Positions 47,642 to 60,600 of a stretch of 64,000 bases of DNA are shown piece by piece; within the stretch, counting starts at the first letter, position 1; each line of letters opens with the position of its first letter. Position numbers and translations under genes: made by a program. Source of the stretch: Marsupella aquatica (lineage: Eukaryota > Plantae > Marchantiophyta); contig OZ316892.1 in the NCBI GenBank assembly GCA_973895155.1, positions 15,430,861 to 15,494,860 of the forward strand. Reading direction: 5' to 3'. A model generated the notes under the pieces. That model searched no databases. It saw only the letters and a program-made list of their open reading frames with translations, and was not told the DNA's origin.

Positions 47642-50353
47642 CTAGTGTACCTTCCCTGGATTCGACATGTACCTGCTCACCTTGCCCATAGCCATGGCAA
47701 GATCAGGTCTAGTGCAAGTCATCAAATACATGAGACTCCCCACTGCCTTGTCATACAGAACCTTTGACATCAACCCCTTCTCTGTGTCATCCGTAGGACA
47801 GAACGCTAATGATAACTTGAAGTGTGGAGCCAATGGGGTACTTACTGGCTTGCTATTCCCCATGTTGAACCTTGCAATTACCTTCCTCGCATAACTGCTC
47901 TGCGTCAACCATAGCTTGCCAGGCTCCAAGTCCCTAGTGATCTCCATACCCAAAATCCTCTTAGCTGGCCCTAAGTCCTTCATCTTAAACTCTGCACTAA
48001 GCAGTGCCTTGAGCTTAACAATCTCAGACCTATCCTTCGCTACAATTAGCATATCATCCACATAAAGTACTAAAACAATGAACCCAAAGACAACATTCTT
48101 TACCGGTTTCAAATACACACAAGGGTCAAATACACTTCTGTGAAAACCTTGTGACCGAATCCAATCGTCAAACCGCTTGTTCCACTGTCTTGGTGACTGC
48201 TTCAACCCATACAAGGATTTCAGCAATCTGCAAACCAATTCCTCCTGTCCTCTCTTCACAAAACCTAGCGGTTGTCTCATGAAGATCACCTCTTCCAATG
48301 TGCCATAGAGGAAAGCTGTGACAACATCCATCTGATCTAGGAGCAGACCAAACATTACAACAAGTACACACAATAGTCGTATTGTAGAGTACTTAGCAAC
48401 TGGTGAGAAGACCTCATTGTAATCCACACCTTTCTCTTGTGTGAATCCCTTTGCTACCAATCTAGCCTTGTAGACCTTCGATCCACCTCCTATGGAATTA
48501 TCCTTCAGCTTGTAAATCCACTTGCTGTCCACCACTTGCTGACCCTTAGGCAGCTTAACAAGCTCCCAAGTTTTGTTGTCCTTTAGTGACTGCATCTCTG
48601 TTTGCATTGCTGCAGTCCACTTCTGCTTCTCCTTTGAAGCACTTGCCTCATGAAATGAAGAAGGTTCCCCTTCTTCCAAAATTAACGCATCACCCTCATC
48701 ATCAGTTGTAAAATCATCCTCTTGCAGTTGAGATGAATCAACCCACTGTCCATACCTTGGTGGAGCGCGTACAGTGCGACCAGATGTTCTTCTAGCCGAT
48801 GACTCCGGTTGATCTACGTGTGCTGGTACAATTTGAAGCTCAACAGCATCCACTTGCTGCTCACCAGCATCAACAAACTCCTCTGGTTCCTCTGGCACAG
48901 GAACCAGCTCCATAATTGGAGCAACTCCTTCTCTCCGGTCATGCACCTCATAACCAATCTCCCCCTCAACGAGATCCGGGATAGGAGATTTTCCTTTGTC
49001 AGTACGGGAGACCTGAGTATTCTCCCCCTCCTTCAATAATCTGGATTCATTGAATGAAACATCCCTACTGACAACGAGCTTACAGGCAATAGGATCCCAT
49101 AGCCTATAGGGTTTCACACCACTCTGGTACCCAAGAAAAACACATTTCCTGGAGGTAGGATCCAACTTGGTCCTATTCTGCTTCGGTGTGAGAGCATATG
49201 CATCACTTCCAAAAACTACCAAGCCATGATAGTCTGCTTGCCGCTTATAGCGCATCTCAAACGGCGTTTTGAAATTGATAGCACTAGAAGGAGAAAGATT
49301 TACCAAATAAGCTGCGGCATTGACAGCTTCTGCCCAAAATTCTTGTGGTAAACCTGATTGGCTCAACATACTCCGTGACCGCTCCAACAGTGTCCGATTG
49401 AGCCTCTCAGCGACACCATTCTGCTGCGGAGTATAAACTATGGTGAGATGGCGAGTTATCCCCTGTTCTGAACAGTACTCTTCAAATTCCATTGAAGTGT
49501 ACTCCCCGCCGTTGTCTGACCTCAGACTCTTCACCCTTGTATCCAAACACTTGATCGTGTTTCCAGTCTGATTCTCCACCTGGGCCTTCCACTTCTTAAA
49601 AATGGACAAGACATCAGACTTATGCGTCATGAAATAAATCCACACAAATCTTGAGTAATCATCAATAAATGATACATAGTACAACTTTCCAGAGTGTGAG
49701 GGAGTCGGGGATGGACCCCACACGTCACTATGTATGTACTCAAGAACCGCTTTGGAACGATGAGTTCCAACACCAAAAGCACGACGATGCTGCTTTCCAA
49801 GAATGCAATGCTCACAAAACTCTAATTTACAAGATTGCAAATCAGAAATGAGTCCATTCTTCCGTAAGATAGCCAAACCCTTCTCACTCATGTGGCCTAG
49901 CCGTGAATGCCACAGTTGAGTCATCTCCTCGTGAGACTTGGTTACATTGGCCTCTCCACATACAGTATTGCCCTGTAACACATACAAATTCTTTTGTCTA
50001 CTCCCCTTCAAAATCACTGTCTCTCCCGACCTGACTTGAAGTTCACCATCAATAACGCTCCATTGATGACCATTTGAATCCAACACACCGAGTGAAATCA
50101 GATTCTTACGCATGCCAGGTACATACTTGACTCCGGACACTGTGCGCACAGCGCCATCAAACATTTGAATCTTCACAGACCCAATTCCCTCAATTTGACA
50201 GGAGTGATCATTTCCCATCAGAACTGAACCGTTTGAAACAGAGTAAGAACTGAAAAACTCACGAATGTAACAAATATGAAAAGAGCAAGCACAATCAAGA
50301 ATCCACACATCATCTGCTCTCCTAGATGACGTGCACAGGGCATACCCCCAGCT
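47642..50353 (-). CDS. pol: Copia pol: protease, GAG-pre-integrase, integrase, reverse transcriptase
   Basis: WILDCACSFH, LWHSRLGH...CEHC, IHSDVWGP...LRSDNGGEY...PQQNGVAER, YKARLVAKG, QMDVVTAFL, SLYGLKQ and LYVDDML. Confidence 0.97.
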   Translation of the reverse strand, partial: SWGYALCTSSRRADDVWILDCACSFHICYIREFFSSYSVSNGSVLMGNDHSCQIEGIGSVKIQMFDGAVRTVSGVKYVPGMRKNLISLGVLDSNGHQWSVIDGELQVRSGETVILKGSRQKNLYVLQGNTVCGEANVTKSHEEMTQLWHSRLGHMSEKGLAILRKNGLISDLQSCKLEFCEHCILGKQHRRAFGVGTHRSKAVLEYIHSDVWGPSPTPSHSGKLYYVSFIDDYSRFVWIYFMTHKSDVLSIFKKWKAQVENQTGNTIKCLDTRVKSLRSDNGGEYTSMEFEEYCSEQGITRHLTIVYTPQQNGVAERLNRTLLERSRSMLSQSGLPQEFWAEAVNAAAYLVNLSPSSAINFKTPFEMRYKRQADYHGLVVFGSDAYALTPKQNRTKLDPTSRKCVFLGYQSGVKPYRLWDPIACKLVVSRDVSFNESRLLKEGENTQVSRTDKGKSPIPDLVEGEIGYEVHDRREGVAPIMELVPVPEEPEEFVDAGEQQVDAVELQIVPAHVDQPESSARRTSGRTVRAPPRYGQWVDSSQLQEDDFTTDDEGDALILEEGEPSSFHEASASKEKQKWTAAMQTEMQSLKDNKTWELVKLPKGQQVVDSKWIYKLKDNSIGGGSKVYKARLVAKGFTQEKGVDYNEVFSPVAKYSTIRLLCVLVVMFGLLLDQMDVVTAFLYGTLEEVIFMRQPLGFVKRGQEELVCRLLKSLYGLKQSPRQWNKRFDDWIRSQGFHRSVFDPCVYLKPVKNVVFGFIVLVLYVDDMLIVAKDRSEIVKLKALLSAEFKMKDLGPAKRILGMEITRDLEPGKLWLTQSSYARKVIARFNMGNSKPVSTPLAPHFKLSLAFCPTDDTEKGLMSKVLYDKAVGSLMYLMTCTRPDLAMAMGKVSRYMSNPGKVH

Positions 50354-51388
50354 TCATAAAACATACTCATCATTGAGTAAATTAGCTTCTCCATCAGCCC
50401 TAGCCACATTTGCCGATGAAGTTTCCGCTGCCTTTCCCTTACAGTCTCGCTTGAAGTGTCCAACTTGGTTGCACTTCCAACATGTCACCTGCCTCCTCTG
50501 AGGGGATTTACCCTTGGACTTAGATCTGGATTTAGATCTAAACTGGGTTCTACGGTCCCCAGTTGGTCGCTGCATACTCCTCCCACGATTAACATTGAGG
50601 GCAGCACCAGATGATGAAGGCTGTGACGTGATGTGCATCTTCTGCTGAAGATCATCACTAAGCAGAGAACTTACCACGTCATTGTATGAAATGGTATCCC
50701 TATCACGATGCAACAACACTCGTGATAGGGACTGGTAAGATGGAGGCAATGAACTAAGAAGCTGCAGAGCCTTCGTCTCATCATTCAAAGTCTCCCCAAG
50801 GTTTTCCAAGTCAACGACCATGTCGTTGAAAGCATCCACATGGTCTTGCAACTTCGTACCAGATTCCTTCATCCTGAAACTCATCAGTTTGTAGGAAGTG
50901 TAGAGCCGGTTCGACAACTCCTTGCGGTGATACTTGCTCTGCAATTCCGCAAATAAGGACATGCAATCCTTATGTGCACCCAACTGCTTGATGATGGGAG
51001 GCATGAGATAGAGTGTAACACACCACACTCCCTGCTCCTGCATGCGGTCCCATTGTTTCTCATCAACATCGTCTTCACGAGGGCTCAGCAGTTGGCCCAT
51101 CCCTGACGCATAAAGCACTCCCTTCACCTGCTTCTCCCATAGCAAGTAGTCAGAGCGCCCATCATACTTTGTCACTTCATACTTGGGTCCCCCAAGCTTG
51201 AAAGTCCCCATCTTCTTCTTTACCGTGAGCTCCGGTAGTAGTACTGCTTCCTCCACCACACGCCGCACCGGTGATGGTATCGGTGTCACGTGCTCTTCCT
51301 CCTGCTCCTCTCTCTGCCCCTGAAACATCCGCGGTGACCCTCGTGCTTCAAGTTCCACGTCTTCGAAAAACTCCTCCGAATCACTCAT
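50354..51388 (-). CDS. gag: Copia gag (344 aa) with CCHC zinc knuckle
   Basis: KYDGRSDYLLW, LLSSLPPSY and CWKCNQVGHFKRDC. It ends in a TGA in frame with pol. Confidence 0.95.
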   Translation of the reverse strand: MSDSEEFFEDVELEARGSPRMFQGQREEQEEEHVTPIPSPVRRVVEEAVLLPELTVKKKMGTFKLGGPKYEVTKYDGRSDYLLWEKQVKGVLYASGMGQLLSPREDDVDEKQWDRMQEQGVWCVTLYLMPPIIKQLGAHKDCMSLFAELQSKYHRKELSNRLYTSYKLMSFRMKESGTKLQDHVDAFNDMVVDLENLGETLNDETKALQLLSSLPPSYQSLSRVLLHRDRDTISYNDVVSSLLSDDLQQKMHITSQPSSSGAALNVNRGRSMQRPTGDRRTQFRSKSRSKSKGKSPQRRQVTCWKCNQVGHFKRDCKGKAAETSSANVARADGEANLLNDEYVL

Positions 51389-52802
51389 ATGAGAAAGTCA
51401 CAAAAAATGTTGTTTTTCACAACTTCTCAAAAAACTCGAAACTCAACACCGCCGCGTAGCCCACAAAGCTAGGAGTCCAATACTGAAAACCGAAATCAAA
51501 ATCGAAATTTGACGGAAAAGTTATTCAAATTTCGGTCGAGGTGGGTAAAACCTTGGGAAACTCCCCCGTTTTGACCACCTCAGGGAATAACCGAAATACC
51601 AAGTACAACCCGTTGTCGGAATTGCGATGTGATTGGTGCGCTGCATTGCCAACTTCAATGGCTACGACCTCGCCGAAAAATAACCAAAAAAGTTACCGTT
51701 CGGCGGATGAAATCTTTGTCGGACGGTCAAAAAATAGCTCTCTGGTTTTTTGGAATATTCTATGACCCTTGTACAGGCCCTGTGGGAATTTTGGAAGAAC
51801 AATCGAGGGGCTGACATGTGTCCTCGAACCCCCAAAACCCCCTACCACCCTTCGTCGTCGAAATCTGGTCGCGCGCGCAGAAAATACACACGGCAGAATG
51901 TACCCCTCGACACCAAACGCAAGATATCTCACTCGGGTTTTGACTAAATCAAGATCCGATTTCAGATTTGGAAACTAGACTCCGAGGCAATGAAGATCGA
52001 TATAAGAAGCACCCAAAACGAGGAAAGAACGAGGGAGAAAAAAATTGGTAAAGATGACAGATTTCTCTCAATTGCCATAGCCAATTTCGAATCAGTTTTT
52101 CAAAGAGAAAAAAATGGTACCTTGTCAACAACGAATGTTGATCAATTGCACTTGGTGTCGTCACCAAGTCCAACAAGGTAATTGATTTTGCTTAGCCTTC
52201 CTCTTTGCATCAAAGAGCCAATCCCGGACTCAAAAACAATCGTCTTGCCTCAATCTCTCCGTTGAGTCAAAACACTTGACGCTTCTCCCTCCGAGTCGAT
52301 TGCCAACTTTCTTCACAAAATCCAGAACGACGAAAACTTAGATCTCTCTGCACCACGAGCTCCGTTCAACGATTTCTTCACACCGTTAGAAAGCTCTTGC
52401 CCTGATCTATCCGTTGAGCCCATAAACTCCAAGTTCCATGCGATGGAACTCTGGAAAATCCACCAACACTCAACGCTGGAAAAACCGTCATGAAATCCCG
52501 TCACGAACACACGTCACCTCCCAAGCATGCTCTGATACCAATTGTTGAGTATAGACGATGATCGCAACGGCAAGCCCATGAACCATCCACCGCACAATAG
52601 TCGACACAAGAGATACGTGGTTCACCTCCTTGAGGCTACGTCCACGGGAACACACAAGAGAGCTTTACTGAACTCTAAGCCCATCGGCTATACCGAGTCT
52701 CCACAGTGTAAGCTCTCCCTATCTCTCAAGTGGCTCCATAACAATGAGCCTTGGTTCTACCTCTCCAAGCACACATGCCTCTTATGATATAGTGTGCAAC
52801 TT

Positions 52803-53035
52803 AGTTGTACCTAACCACATAGTTGTACCTAACCACATAGTTGTACCTAACCACATAGTTGTACCTAATCACGTAGTTGTACCTAACCACATAGTTGTAC
52901 CTAATCACGTAGTTGTACCTAACCACATAGTTGTACCTAATCACGTAGTTGTACCTAACCACATAGTTGTACCTAATCACGTAGTTGTACCTAACCACGT
53001 AGTTGTACCAACCCACGTTGTTGTACCAACCACGT
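52803..53035. repeat. 18-bp tandem array in the 5' LTR U3 (copy of 46621-46853)
   Basis: Same unit order as in the other LTR. Confidence 0.97.
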
Positions 53036-53582
53036 CATACCTAACCTAGACGTAAGAGTAAATACCCAACATCTATTACCTGACAAAAACTCACACTTTT
53101 TGGACTAATCTAAGTCTACCAATAAAATACCTAAAGATGTTAATTTAGTATAAAGTTGTAAAAACAGAAAACTATTCAAAGTGTCAAAGAACCAAAGTGT
53201 TAATATGTGAAACAAAAATGACTCTAACTTCCTAATGACATGTCCGTTTTGTCTGATATTTTCTTGGGTAGATTTCTCTATCTAAAATCTATCTACTCAT
53301 CAAAATTTGAGAGTTTTTCATGACCTACAAAGATTTGATTAAAATATCATAAAATGCTACTCTACCTTAAAACTATCACTATTAACTTCTCACTTAATTT
53401 TCTAGATTCAAAGTTGACCAAGGCCTAAAGCCTTCAACTACACTGAAATTACATAGAAAGAGGTAACTATAAGTCTTAATAAGCTCAAAAATTAACTAAC
53501 GGCCCTGTGTGACACCTTTAAGGGGGCGCACATAATCCCAGGACCAGCGTGCGAACGCCCCGAGAGCACTCTATGTCTAAGA

Positions 53583-54673
53583 TCAATCTTTGAAGAAATG
53601 CCTTAGATCATAGTACTTTCTCACTCTAGAACCATTAACCCTGGTTGGCAACTCCTCTCCATCTAGAGTAGCCAAAGACAAAGAACCATTCTTGAAAATA
53701 GAAGTCACTTGAAATGGACTAAGCCAACGAGTGTGCAACTTCCCTGGGAACTTCTGGTGTCGGCTGTCATACATCAACACCAGGTCTCCTTCTTCCACGG
53801 GGTCATGCTTGATCTTCTTATCAAACCTCCTTTTCCTTTGTTGTTGGACTGCTTGAGTCCTCTCCAAAGCAATCTCTCTCTCCTCATCCAACTCCTCAAT
53901 CATGGCCAACCTGCTGTCTAGCCACTCCTCTGGTCTAGGATGCTCCTCAATGGTGCGATCAGTCCTCAACTCTGACTCCACAATTGATAATGGGTTCTGT
54001 CCATAGACCAAGAAGTAAGGGCTCTTCCCAGTGGTGCTCTTCTCAGCTGTATTGTATGCATAAACAGCTGAAGCAAGCTTCTTATCCCAATCTGACTTAT
54101 GTGCTTCAACCATCTTGGTTAGAATGGTGCACACAATTCCATTAGCTCTCTTAGTCAAGCCATTAGCCTTGGGTTTGTAGGGTGTAGTGAGCCTATGCCT
54201 GATTTGGTGTTGCTCAGTGATGGTTTCAATCACTTCATTAATAAAATGCAAACCCCTATCACTCACCAACTCCCAAGGAGCACCAAATCTCATCAAAATA
54301 TTTTCATACAGGAATTTACCAGCAGTCTCAGCATCATTCTTCCTAGTGGCCTTAGCCTCCACCCATTTAGTAGCATAATCAGTAGCAAGGATGATGTACC
54401 TATAGGTCTTACTGGCTGGACTGATAGGACCAACAAGGTCAATGCCCCATTTGGCAAAAGGGCCCAAAGGAATGATAGGAGTGAGAGGCCAGTGGTCCTT
54501 AACTGAGGGCTTGCCTGAATGTTGGCAAGGGTCACAACTCCTGATGTACTTGTGCACATCCTTGTGAAGAGTAGGCCACCAATAGCCTGCAGTCCGGATC
54601 TTCTTAATGGTGGTTTGTATCCCAAAGTGACCTCCCTCCTCTCCTGAGTGAAATGTGTGCATAATTTTCAGGA
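53583..54673 (-). CDS. Ty3/gypsy (non-chromovirus) integrase, 5'-truncated by a Helitron insertion
   Basis: HSGEEGGHFG...CDPCQ, WGIDLVGP, SDRGLHF and a GPY/F-like KLHTRWLSPF. The frame stops at the Helitron CTAG end. Its 3' region continues left past the copia insertion. Confidence 0.9.
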
Positions 54674-57600
54674 CTAGCTCCGACTACCCGTTCTTTGAAC
54701 GTCAATAGGGATGAGTACCAAAAAGTGCTTGAGACAAAATAGATTTGAGAGAGTAATAAGAATAGTGTATCAAAAGACAAAGGGAAACCCCACTTGAAAA
54801 CTTTTTCCATCAAGAGTCAAAACTTGATGGTAAAATGGTTCAAGTGGGGGAAAACCCTAAATTTTATTCAAATGGTGGAAATCTTAACATAAGGTATGTT
54901 AGATGGCTTGACATACAACAATAATGTCATATGACAGCCACCTTTGAAATAGTCCATTGTAGATTACATATCTGCTTGAATATCTAGAAGTTCACCATTT
55001 GCTTGGAGCGTAAAACCAACCAAGCAACCAAAACTACAACTGCAAAAACACCCAAAAGGAGCCAAAAGAACGGTCATAGGAGGAAATCAATTACAATAGA
55101 TGGAATATATGCAAGAGAGTGAAGTAAGCAATATAACCATCTTCAAAAATATTCCAAGTGCTAAGAAGTTCCAATCATGTCATCAAATTAAAGAGGGTCA
55201 AGTCAGTATTGAATTGAAATGAATATGGAAGGAATATTTACCTGTCAATTGAAACAATTGATTATTGAAGCTCGGAGTAGAGGAGCCGTTCTATCAATGC
55301 ACGGGCTCATGCTAGTGTAGCCAAGAGCTCAATGGATACACACCCTCCCATCATCTTAAGATCTCATGGTATACAACATTCCTTGTGTAAAGGTCATCCT
55401 TATTGGGATATGCATTACGTGCTATCATAATGCGAATACCAGTCCGAGCACCAACCCTAGACAATGCCACATATAATTGACCATGCGAGAAAACTGGGTT
55501 TGGTAGAAATATCCCAATCTTTGCCAAGGTTTGACCTTGAGACTTATTGATGGTCATACCAAAGGCAGCACGGATAGGAAACTGAAATCGACGAAGATCA
55601 AATGGTAACCCTGAGTCGGATGCAATGAGAGGAATGCGTGGAATAAAAACACGGTCTCCAATATTCTTCCCTGTGATGATCTCTGCATTTATGACATGAT
55701 GCCCAAAACCACGAACTATCAAGCGAGTGCCATTAGCTTGTCCTCTTGACCCATTCATGTTTCTCAAAAGCATGATGGGTGCACCAATCTTCAAAGTCAA
55801 CTTATGTGGAGGTAAACCGGAAGGCAACAATGTATTGAGGAATTCTGTGGGATACATGAAGGCAGTTGCTTCATTGGGAATTGAATCTGGACTCAAAAAC
55901 TCATGTTCCTGCAAAACTCCATGGATAAAAATTAGAAAGTTACCAACTTTCATTGAGAAAATTTTCCTTCAAGGACAAAATTGAAAGTTATTCATGTTGC
56001 TAGTGGTAAGGGATTTACCTCTCCAGGAAAGCCACGCATCACCTCCTCATTAACCTTATCCACATCTTTGTTTGTGGTGGTCAAAATAGCTCTATCTTTT
56101 AAAAAGTTAGCATTGTTGAAGTTCACTGGATCTGAGCCATAGATCTCAACAATTAGGTCACTAAGCTGGTCAGTTGGCATTATCAGGTTATGCGGCAAAC
56201 AAATGACATCATCACCCAAATCAGACTCAGTTGGCAAAGTTCCCTCTCCAATAGCTAGTAACCAATCGCTAAAGCCTTGTTGCTCAAGCGCCTCTTCTCC
56301 TACATATATAAAAATCCAGAAAGGTTGTTAGTATTTTTGAAGCAAATATTAAAAGAGTATATATTTACTTATTCCAACATGGAAAAGTTAGTGCTAAAAT
56401 AAATTAACATTTCATAAACTAAATAGTAAAAAATGATACTCTATAAATATCATAGCACACTAAGTATAAAATATGCAAACAAATTTTGATAATATAACAT
56501 ACCTTCTAGTGTTTTTACTCTCACGTTCTCATTTAGCCTCATCACTTTTATCTTTGACCATATAGAAGATCTTTTGAAGGTGGCTCGAATGATGGCCACT
56601 TGATCTCCATGCTGAACTACAGGAAGCACTTGGCGAAAATCACCACCAAAGACCATCAATTTTCCTCCAAACGGCAAGGTATTCTTCATGATATCTTGAA
56701 GTGTCCGGCTAACAGCCTCAAAGGCATGTCTATGAGTCATGGGTGCTTCATCCCAAATGATCAATAATGCGCATCGGATCAAGCGTGCTGCTTCACTCTC
56801 CATTACTATGTTGCACACAATCATAAAAAAATTAAATGAAAAAATAACATTTGTACTATCTCTCTAAACTAATAGCTCAAAATTTCATAAATTAGTATTT
56901 TTTATGAACTCAATCTCACTATCAACACAATTTTAACTTCTTACTTGCAAGTAGAGCTTTCGTGAACAATGAGTGAAATCTTGAATCGTGAATGTGCCGT
57001 GCGACCTCCCTGTAATAGTAAGGCTGCAATGCCTGATGATGCCACAGCAAGAGCAATGTGCCCCTCACATCTGACCCTTGCTAGTAGAAGATTATACAAA
57101 AATGTCTTTCCAGTTCCACCCGGTCCATCAATAAAGAATAGATGCTCCTAGATAAAAGAAAAACCTTGAGTTAGACATGGAAATTATTCATAGTGTCAAA
57201 AAAGCATTTCATAATCATGTTGCAAAGCTATATGAAATGTAATGTGTATACTTACCCGAGGAGATTCACCTTGCAATATGGTCTCACAAACATCATTCAC
57301 TTGTTGCCAAATTAAATTTTGTCCATCATTTAGTTTTTCTTCTCCCTCCAATGCACATGCACGTAGTGCAACACGATCATATGAGAGTTCCTCTAACTCC
57401 AAATGAGAATGAGCCTCTTCATTGCAAATAAAATTTGCTTGATACATGTCAGAAAAATGAGACAATCGTTTGTTGTGATCTTGTAAATAACGGTCAATTT
57501 CCAACAATGCATTATTGATAACTGCATGTTGAGGAAGATCAAATATTCCAAATTCCTACAAATAGAATGTGGTTGACAAATGTTAGTTTGCAAGATGAAT

Positions 57601-60600
57601 GTAGCACATTAAATCATTTCATAATAAGTTATGCCTCATGAGTAAAAAATTGTATTTGTGTAGAAAAGAATACCTGATGCCTCAAATACAATAGATCCTC
57701 TGTCATGGATGTTTGAAATTGATCCCATAACTCTTTAGGGCGTGCAGGTGTGTTGTAGAGAAGAATGATGGCAAAAAGTTGATGGATTGCACGTCCAGTT
57801 CGAATCTCTGAACATTCTCTCAAACAATCAATAACCTCTGAATCATCTTCCAAGAGTCCCAACTTAATTGCTGCCTCCTTAAAAGTGGGCATGACTACGG
57901 TATCAATTGTTTTCAAACTATCATATCCAATAGCCCCTTTAATATGATGAAGAAGTAACCGCATCCAATGACGTTCTCCTTCACCTACAGAATAAAAATT
58001 CATGTAAATAAATATTTTGAATATAATAACAATAAATTCAATTATTTGAGTGCAATTAAGTCAAGCTAAAAATAATACCTGGATGAGTCAAATATAAATG
58101 ACCAATAGGATATCCGCAGCCTTTAATCTTTTTCTTATGGATGATCCATTTTTTTTGTTCTTGTTCCAACTATAATGAAGTGGAAACTCATGGTATTTAT
58201 ATTGTCGTGCCTCAGGATCACTAACATTCGTTGCAAACCATTCTATCAATGTGGTTGCCACCCTCCGTTGCAAAATCTCCTCGGTTGTTGCATTCTCACC
58301 AAAAACTATACTTTGCTCATTCTCAAGATGAACAGTTAATCGAACAATACTCGGCTCTTCTGAATGCAAACGAAACTTGAAAATGCGCCAACATGCTTCA
58401 ACAGATGAGATGTATCTACAAACAAAAATATTAGTATGATTTGAGAAATCTTCAAATGGAATCAAATAACAATTGTACAAAAACTCCTAACACAATTTAC
58501 ATTATTGAAAAACTTGAAATTGATTAATGAATTAGAAAAAATAGAATACAAATATAAAATAAAATAAATACCGTGCATCTCGATATTCTGAGACCTCGTC
58601 TACTGGTGCCTCCGTCTCAATTGTGCCACCAGCTCGTGACAATCGGACCAAAATTGCGTCGGATCCCTTATACACATATTTATAAATATACTTCACAGCA
58701 GCAATGCCACTTGTAACTTCAAGATTTATGTGACAATCAAAAAGTGTGCAAAGTAATTTATTGTATGGCACCACCCAACGATTGTCCAAGAAACAATTTT
58801 TCTTCTTCACCATACGACCATCATCTCGTCTGCAATGTTTAAAATAAGAAAAAATCATAGGTAAATATAATTATATACACATATAAATATAATATAAGTA
58901 CATGAAAGCATGATATATAAGTAATTGAAATCAACGCACCTGTGATATGTCGGGTATCCATCCTCGTTTAATGTGGTGTGAGAGGCAAAAGGTTTTGGAA
59001 AACCTTTTGAGCACACTCCATTTTTCATGCATGGAGCATTTCTCATTTGGGCACCACATGGTCCATGCATCATGCAAGTAACCACAGTTTGATAAAGACT
59101 TGGATGCAAAATAGGATCTGGTATCTCCGCCGAAATAACATCATCAATCTGGGTAGCATTTCGTGGTTTGTCCTCGTAACCCATGCACATTAAAAGATGA
59201 ATATGTGGCAAACCTCTTTTTTGAAATTCTATAGTATGTATCTTTGCCACACAATTACCCAAAATCTTCTGATTTTTTAGCAAATCTAACAATGTCTTCT
59301 TCTTTTGTTCAAACACCCGAGCAATCAAGTCAGAATGATTAGCTGCTTTTTGGTTGCTACATACCAGCTCATCCGTGATCTCCTTCCATGTAGGATTGCA
59401 TGTCATTGTCAAGAAATAATCAGGCTTGCCAAAATGCCTAACAATAGCCATGGCATCCTGAAATAATTGGTGCATATGACGTGGACCTCCTGTAAAGCTT
59501 GAAGGTAATATGATGCGTCTTCCAATGTCTGCTGCATGATCATGTCTCGTCACTGCATCTTGAACTCCCTGATATAGATGTACTCTTAACTGAGGTTGAT
59601 GGGTACGTATATAGGTCAACCTCTGGCTCTCAATAGTGGCATACACATCCACCATGTACTCCTGATAAAGTCTATCAAAACGTGTCAACCTACTACCATC
59701 CATGCACTCCATAGGATTATCTTCTCGTGTATGAAGCCTAAATGAGGCAAACTCCAAAGGGGTAACATTCTTTGTCCCTGTATCTGCATCTGCATCATTA
59801 TCCATGACATTGTCGTATGCCCTCTCATGAATAATATTCTCCACCACTCCCTCTTCGCTTTCCATAGCAATAGTCTCTTGCAATATAGAAGAATTCTGTT
59901 TTCGAATGCCTATATGCCATCCTGCCTCACCATATGGAAATAGCAGAACAAAATGCAAAGGAATATATGCCTGATTGAGATCAGATATACGACGTACCCC
60001 TCCTCCATGCAAATATACAATGATATCACGTGGACCAACCTCCTCACTCCCATCTCCAGGAATAATGGTTGCGACCTCTGATGCTATCGGCAAGTTATAA
60101 CGTCTAGCATCACGACCTCTCTCGCTAGCTTTCAATACTATGCGTACATTTTGACTACCAATTTCACATGCTATAGCTTGAAAAGATCTCACATATGCAT
60201 TATGCTCACGCATAAGATTTTGTAATCCTCTCAATGTCTCAATCTCAATACCATCAGTAATTACCCTGCCTCTATTTTCTATCTCGTGCTCAGTGTCATA
60301 AATATAAAGTTGAGCAAATTTTGGGGGTTGTCCTACCTCTGGATAAAGAGGGCCAATAGAATGATAGATCCCACCTTGAATGCGAAGATGTTTTATGCCA
60401 CCATGTACTTCTCCGGACATGTTGGCACCGGTGGATGCAAGCTGAAGTGCTGAGTTATATGCTCAAATATGACTCAAGAACTTCTTACTTGTTGGTCCCT
60501 CACCTGAGACCAATGTTGCCAATAATGGAGGAAGAGATCGCAATGGTGGTAAATCCACCCTACCATGACTACAACACTTGCCAAATGGAGAGTCCTTAAA

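Larger units (their letters stand above)
46361..53071 (-). mobile_element. Young full-length Ty1/copia LTR retrotransposon, 6711 bp
   Basis: 529-bp LTRs 46361-46889 and 52543-53071, identical by eye, with TG...CA ends and TSD TCTAT (46356-46360, 53072-53076). PBS TGGTATCAGAGC (tRNA-iMet) at 52529-52540, PPT at ~46890-46900, domain order gag-PR-IN-RT-RH. Confidence 0.98.

Noticed and set aside
53583-54673. Stand-alone integrase as a Ginger-type DNA transposon
   Set aside because: The apparent start is created by the Helitron insertion at 54674, and no TIRs were seen. Truncated gypsy pol is simpler.
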